Shown here: positions 62,501-64,000 of the stretch, piece after piece
Layout: every line of letters begins with the position of its first letter
Numbering within the stretch: the stretch's first letter is position 1
Assembly (NCBI GenBank): GCA_040954595.2
Contig: CM082591.2
Coordinates: 1,337,645 to 1,401,644 of the forward strand
Direction of reading: 5' to 3'
Length of the DNA: 64,000 nucleotides
Origin: Balanoglossus misakiensis
Taxonomy: Eukaryota; Animalia; Hemichordata
Program-made: the position numbers and the translations under genes
Notes under the pieces: generated by a model
What the model saw: only the letters and a program-made list of their open reading frames with translations
Told to the model about the DNA's origin: nothing
Database searches by the model: none

Positions 62501-63990
62501 TTTTTTCAAAAAATGACCAAATTTCGAAAATTCGCAAAGTCGAAAAATCGTCGATTTTTCAACATTTTCCTGAGCTATAACCCATGGTTTTTTCAAAAAA
62601 TGACCAAATTTCGAAAATTCGCAAAGTCGAAAATCGTCGATTTTTCAACATTTTCCTGAGCTATAACCCATGGTTTTTTTCAAAAAATGACCAAATTTCG
62701 AAAATTCGCAAAGTCGAAAAATCGTCGATTTTTCAACATTTCCTGAGCTATAACCCATGGTTTTTTCAAAAATGACCAAATTTCGAAAATTCGCAAAGTC
62801 GAAAAATCGTCGATTTTTCAACATTTTCCTGAGCTATAACCCATGGTTTTTTTCAAAAAATGACCAAATTTCGAAAATTCGCAAAGTCGACAAAATCGTC
62901 GATTTTTCAACATTTTCCTGAGCTATAACCCATGGTTTTTTCAAAAAATGACCAAATTTCGAAAATTCGCAAAGTCGAAAAATCGTCGATTTTTCAACAT
63001 TTTCCTGAGCTATAACCCATGGTTTTTTCAAAAAATGACCAAATTTCGAAAATTCGCAAAGTCGAAAAATCGTCAATTTTTCAACATTTTCCTGAGCTAT
63101 AACCCATGGTTTTTTTCAAAAAATGACCAAATTTCGAAAATTCGCAAAGTCGAAAAATCGTCGATTTTTCAACATTTTCCTGAGCTATAACCCATGGTTT
63201 TTTTCAAAAAATGACCAAATTTCGAAAATTCGCAAAGTCGAAAAATCGTCGATTTTTCAACATTTTCCTGAGCTATAACCCATGTTTTTTTCAAAAAATG
63301 ACCAAATTTCGAAAATTCGCAAAGTCGAAAAATCGTCGATTTTTCAACATTTTCCTGAGCTATAACCCATGGTTTTTTCAAAAAATGACCAAATTTCGAA
63401 AATTCGCAAAGTCGAAAAATCGTCGATTTTTCAACATTTTCCTGAGCTATAACCCATGGTTTTTTCAAAAAATGACCAAATTTCGAAAATTCGCAAAGTC
63501 GAAAAATCGTCGATTTTTCAACATTTTCCTGAGCTATAACCCATGGACTTCACGAGTGTTTCAAAAAATGACAAATTTCGAAAATTCGCAAAGTCGAAAA
63601 ATCGTCAATTTTCAACATTTTCCTGAGCTATAACCCATGGTTTTATCAAAAAATGACCAAATTTCGAAAATTCGCAAAAGTCGAAAATCGTCGATTTTTC
63701 AACATTTTCCTGAGCTATAACCCATGTTTTTTTCCAAAAATGACCAAATTCCGAAAATTCGCAAAGTCGAAAAATCGTCGATTTTTCACATTTTCTGAGC
63801 TATAACCCATGTTTTTTTTCAAAAAATGACCCAAATTTCGAAATTTCGCAAAGTCGAAAAATCGTCGATTTTTTCAACATTTTCCTGAGCCTATAACCCA
63901 TGGTTTTTTCAAAAAATGACCAAATTTCGAAAATTCGCAAAGTCGAAAAATCGGTCGATTTTTCAACATTTTTCCTGGAGCTATAACCCG
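59600..63990. repeat. 87-bp tandem satellite, ~50 copies, running to the window end
   Basis: Unit AACATTTTCCTGAGCTATAACCCATGGTTTTTTCAAAAAATGACCAAATTTCGAAAATTCGCAAAGTCGAAAAATCGTCGATTTTTC; produces the 29-aa periodic ORFs. Confidence 0.98.
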
Positions 63991-64000
63991 GGGGTCAATG

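Noticed and set aside
59552-63633. Long ORFs (791 aa, 754 aa and shorter) with 29-aa periodicity
   Set aside because: By-product of an 87-bp satellite whose length is a multiple of 3; open on both strands and broken by indels.
59600-64000. Possible CRISPR-like array (repeats with an internal palindrome)
   Set aside because: No unique spacers, units are head-to-tail identical, no cas genes, and the context is eukaryotic.

Overview
AT-rich, intron-containing animal genomic DNA. An invertebrate deuterostome (hemichordate/echinoderm-like) is inferred from gene content only. From left to right: the 5' part of an F-box gene (minus strand, runs off the window); three 3' exons of a NOSIP homologue; then an apparent innate-immunity/cell-death cluster. 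Gene A (6447-18196, ~2150 aa) encodes a GT-B/GT4-like region with a triplicated N-lobe, a coiled coil and ZU5-UPA-Death domains. Its paralogue gene B (22110-28699, 14 in-phase exons, ~1153 aa) encodes DED, GT4-like, IRE1/RNase L-type kinase and KEN ribonuclease-like domains. Three tandem TRAIL/TNF-superfamily ligand genes follow on the minus strand (30.5-43.1 kb). After them come two tandem genes each encoding a divergent stand-alone MED25/PTOV (ACID) domain, a class I SAM methyltransferase head-to-head with a TBC RabGAP, and a homogeneous 87-bp satellite array to the window end. The best candidate for an undescribed system is gene B: an RNase L/IRE1-like effector with a DED plus degenerate glycosyltransferase fold in place of the ankyrin or luminal sensor. 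Gene A carries decayed kinase/KEN remnants and gene B's 3' UTR, which indicates an effector-domain swap. All gene models were spliced by hand, and family calls come from motif recognition, not database searches.
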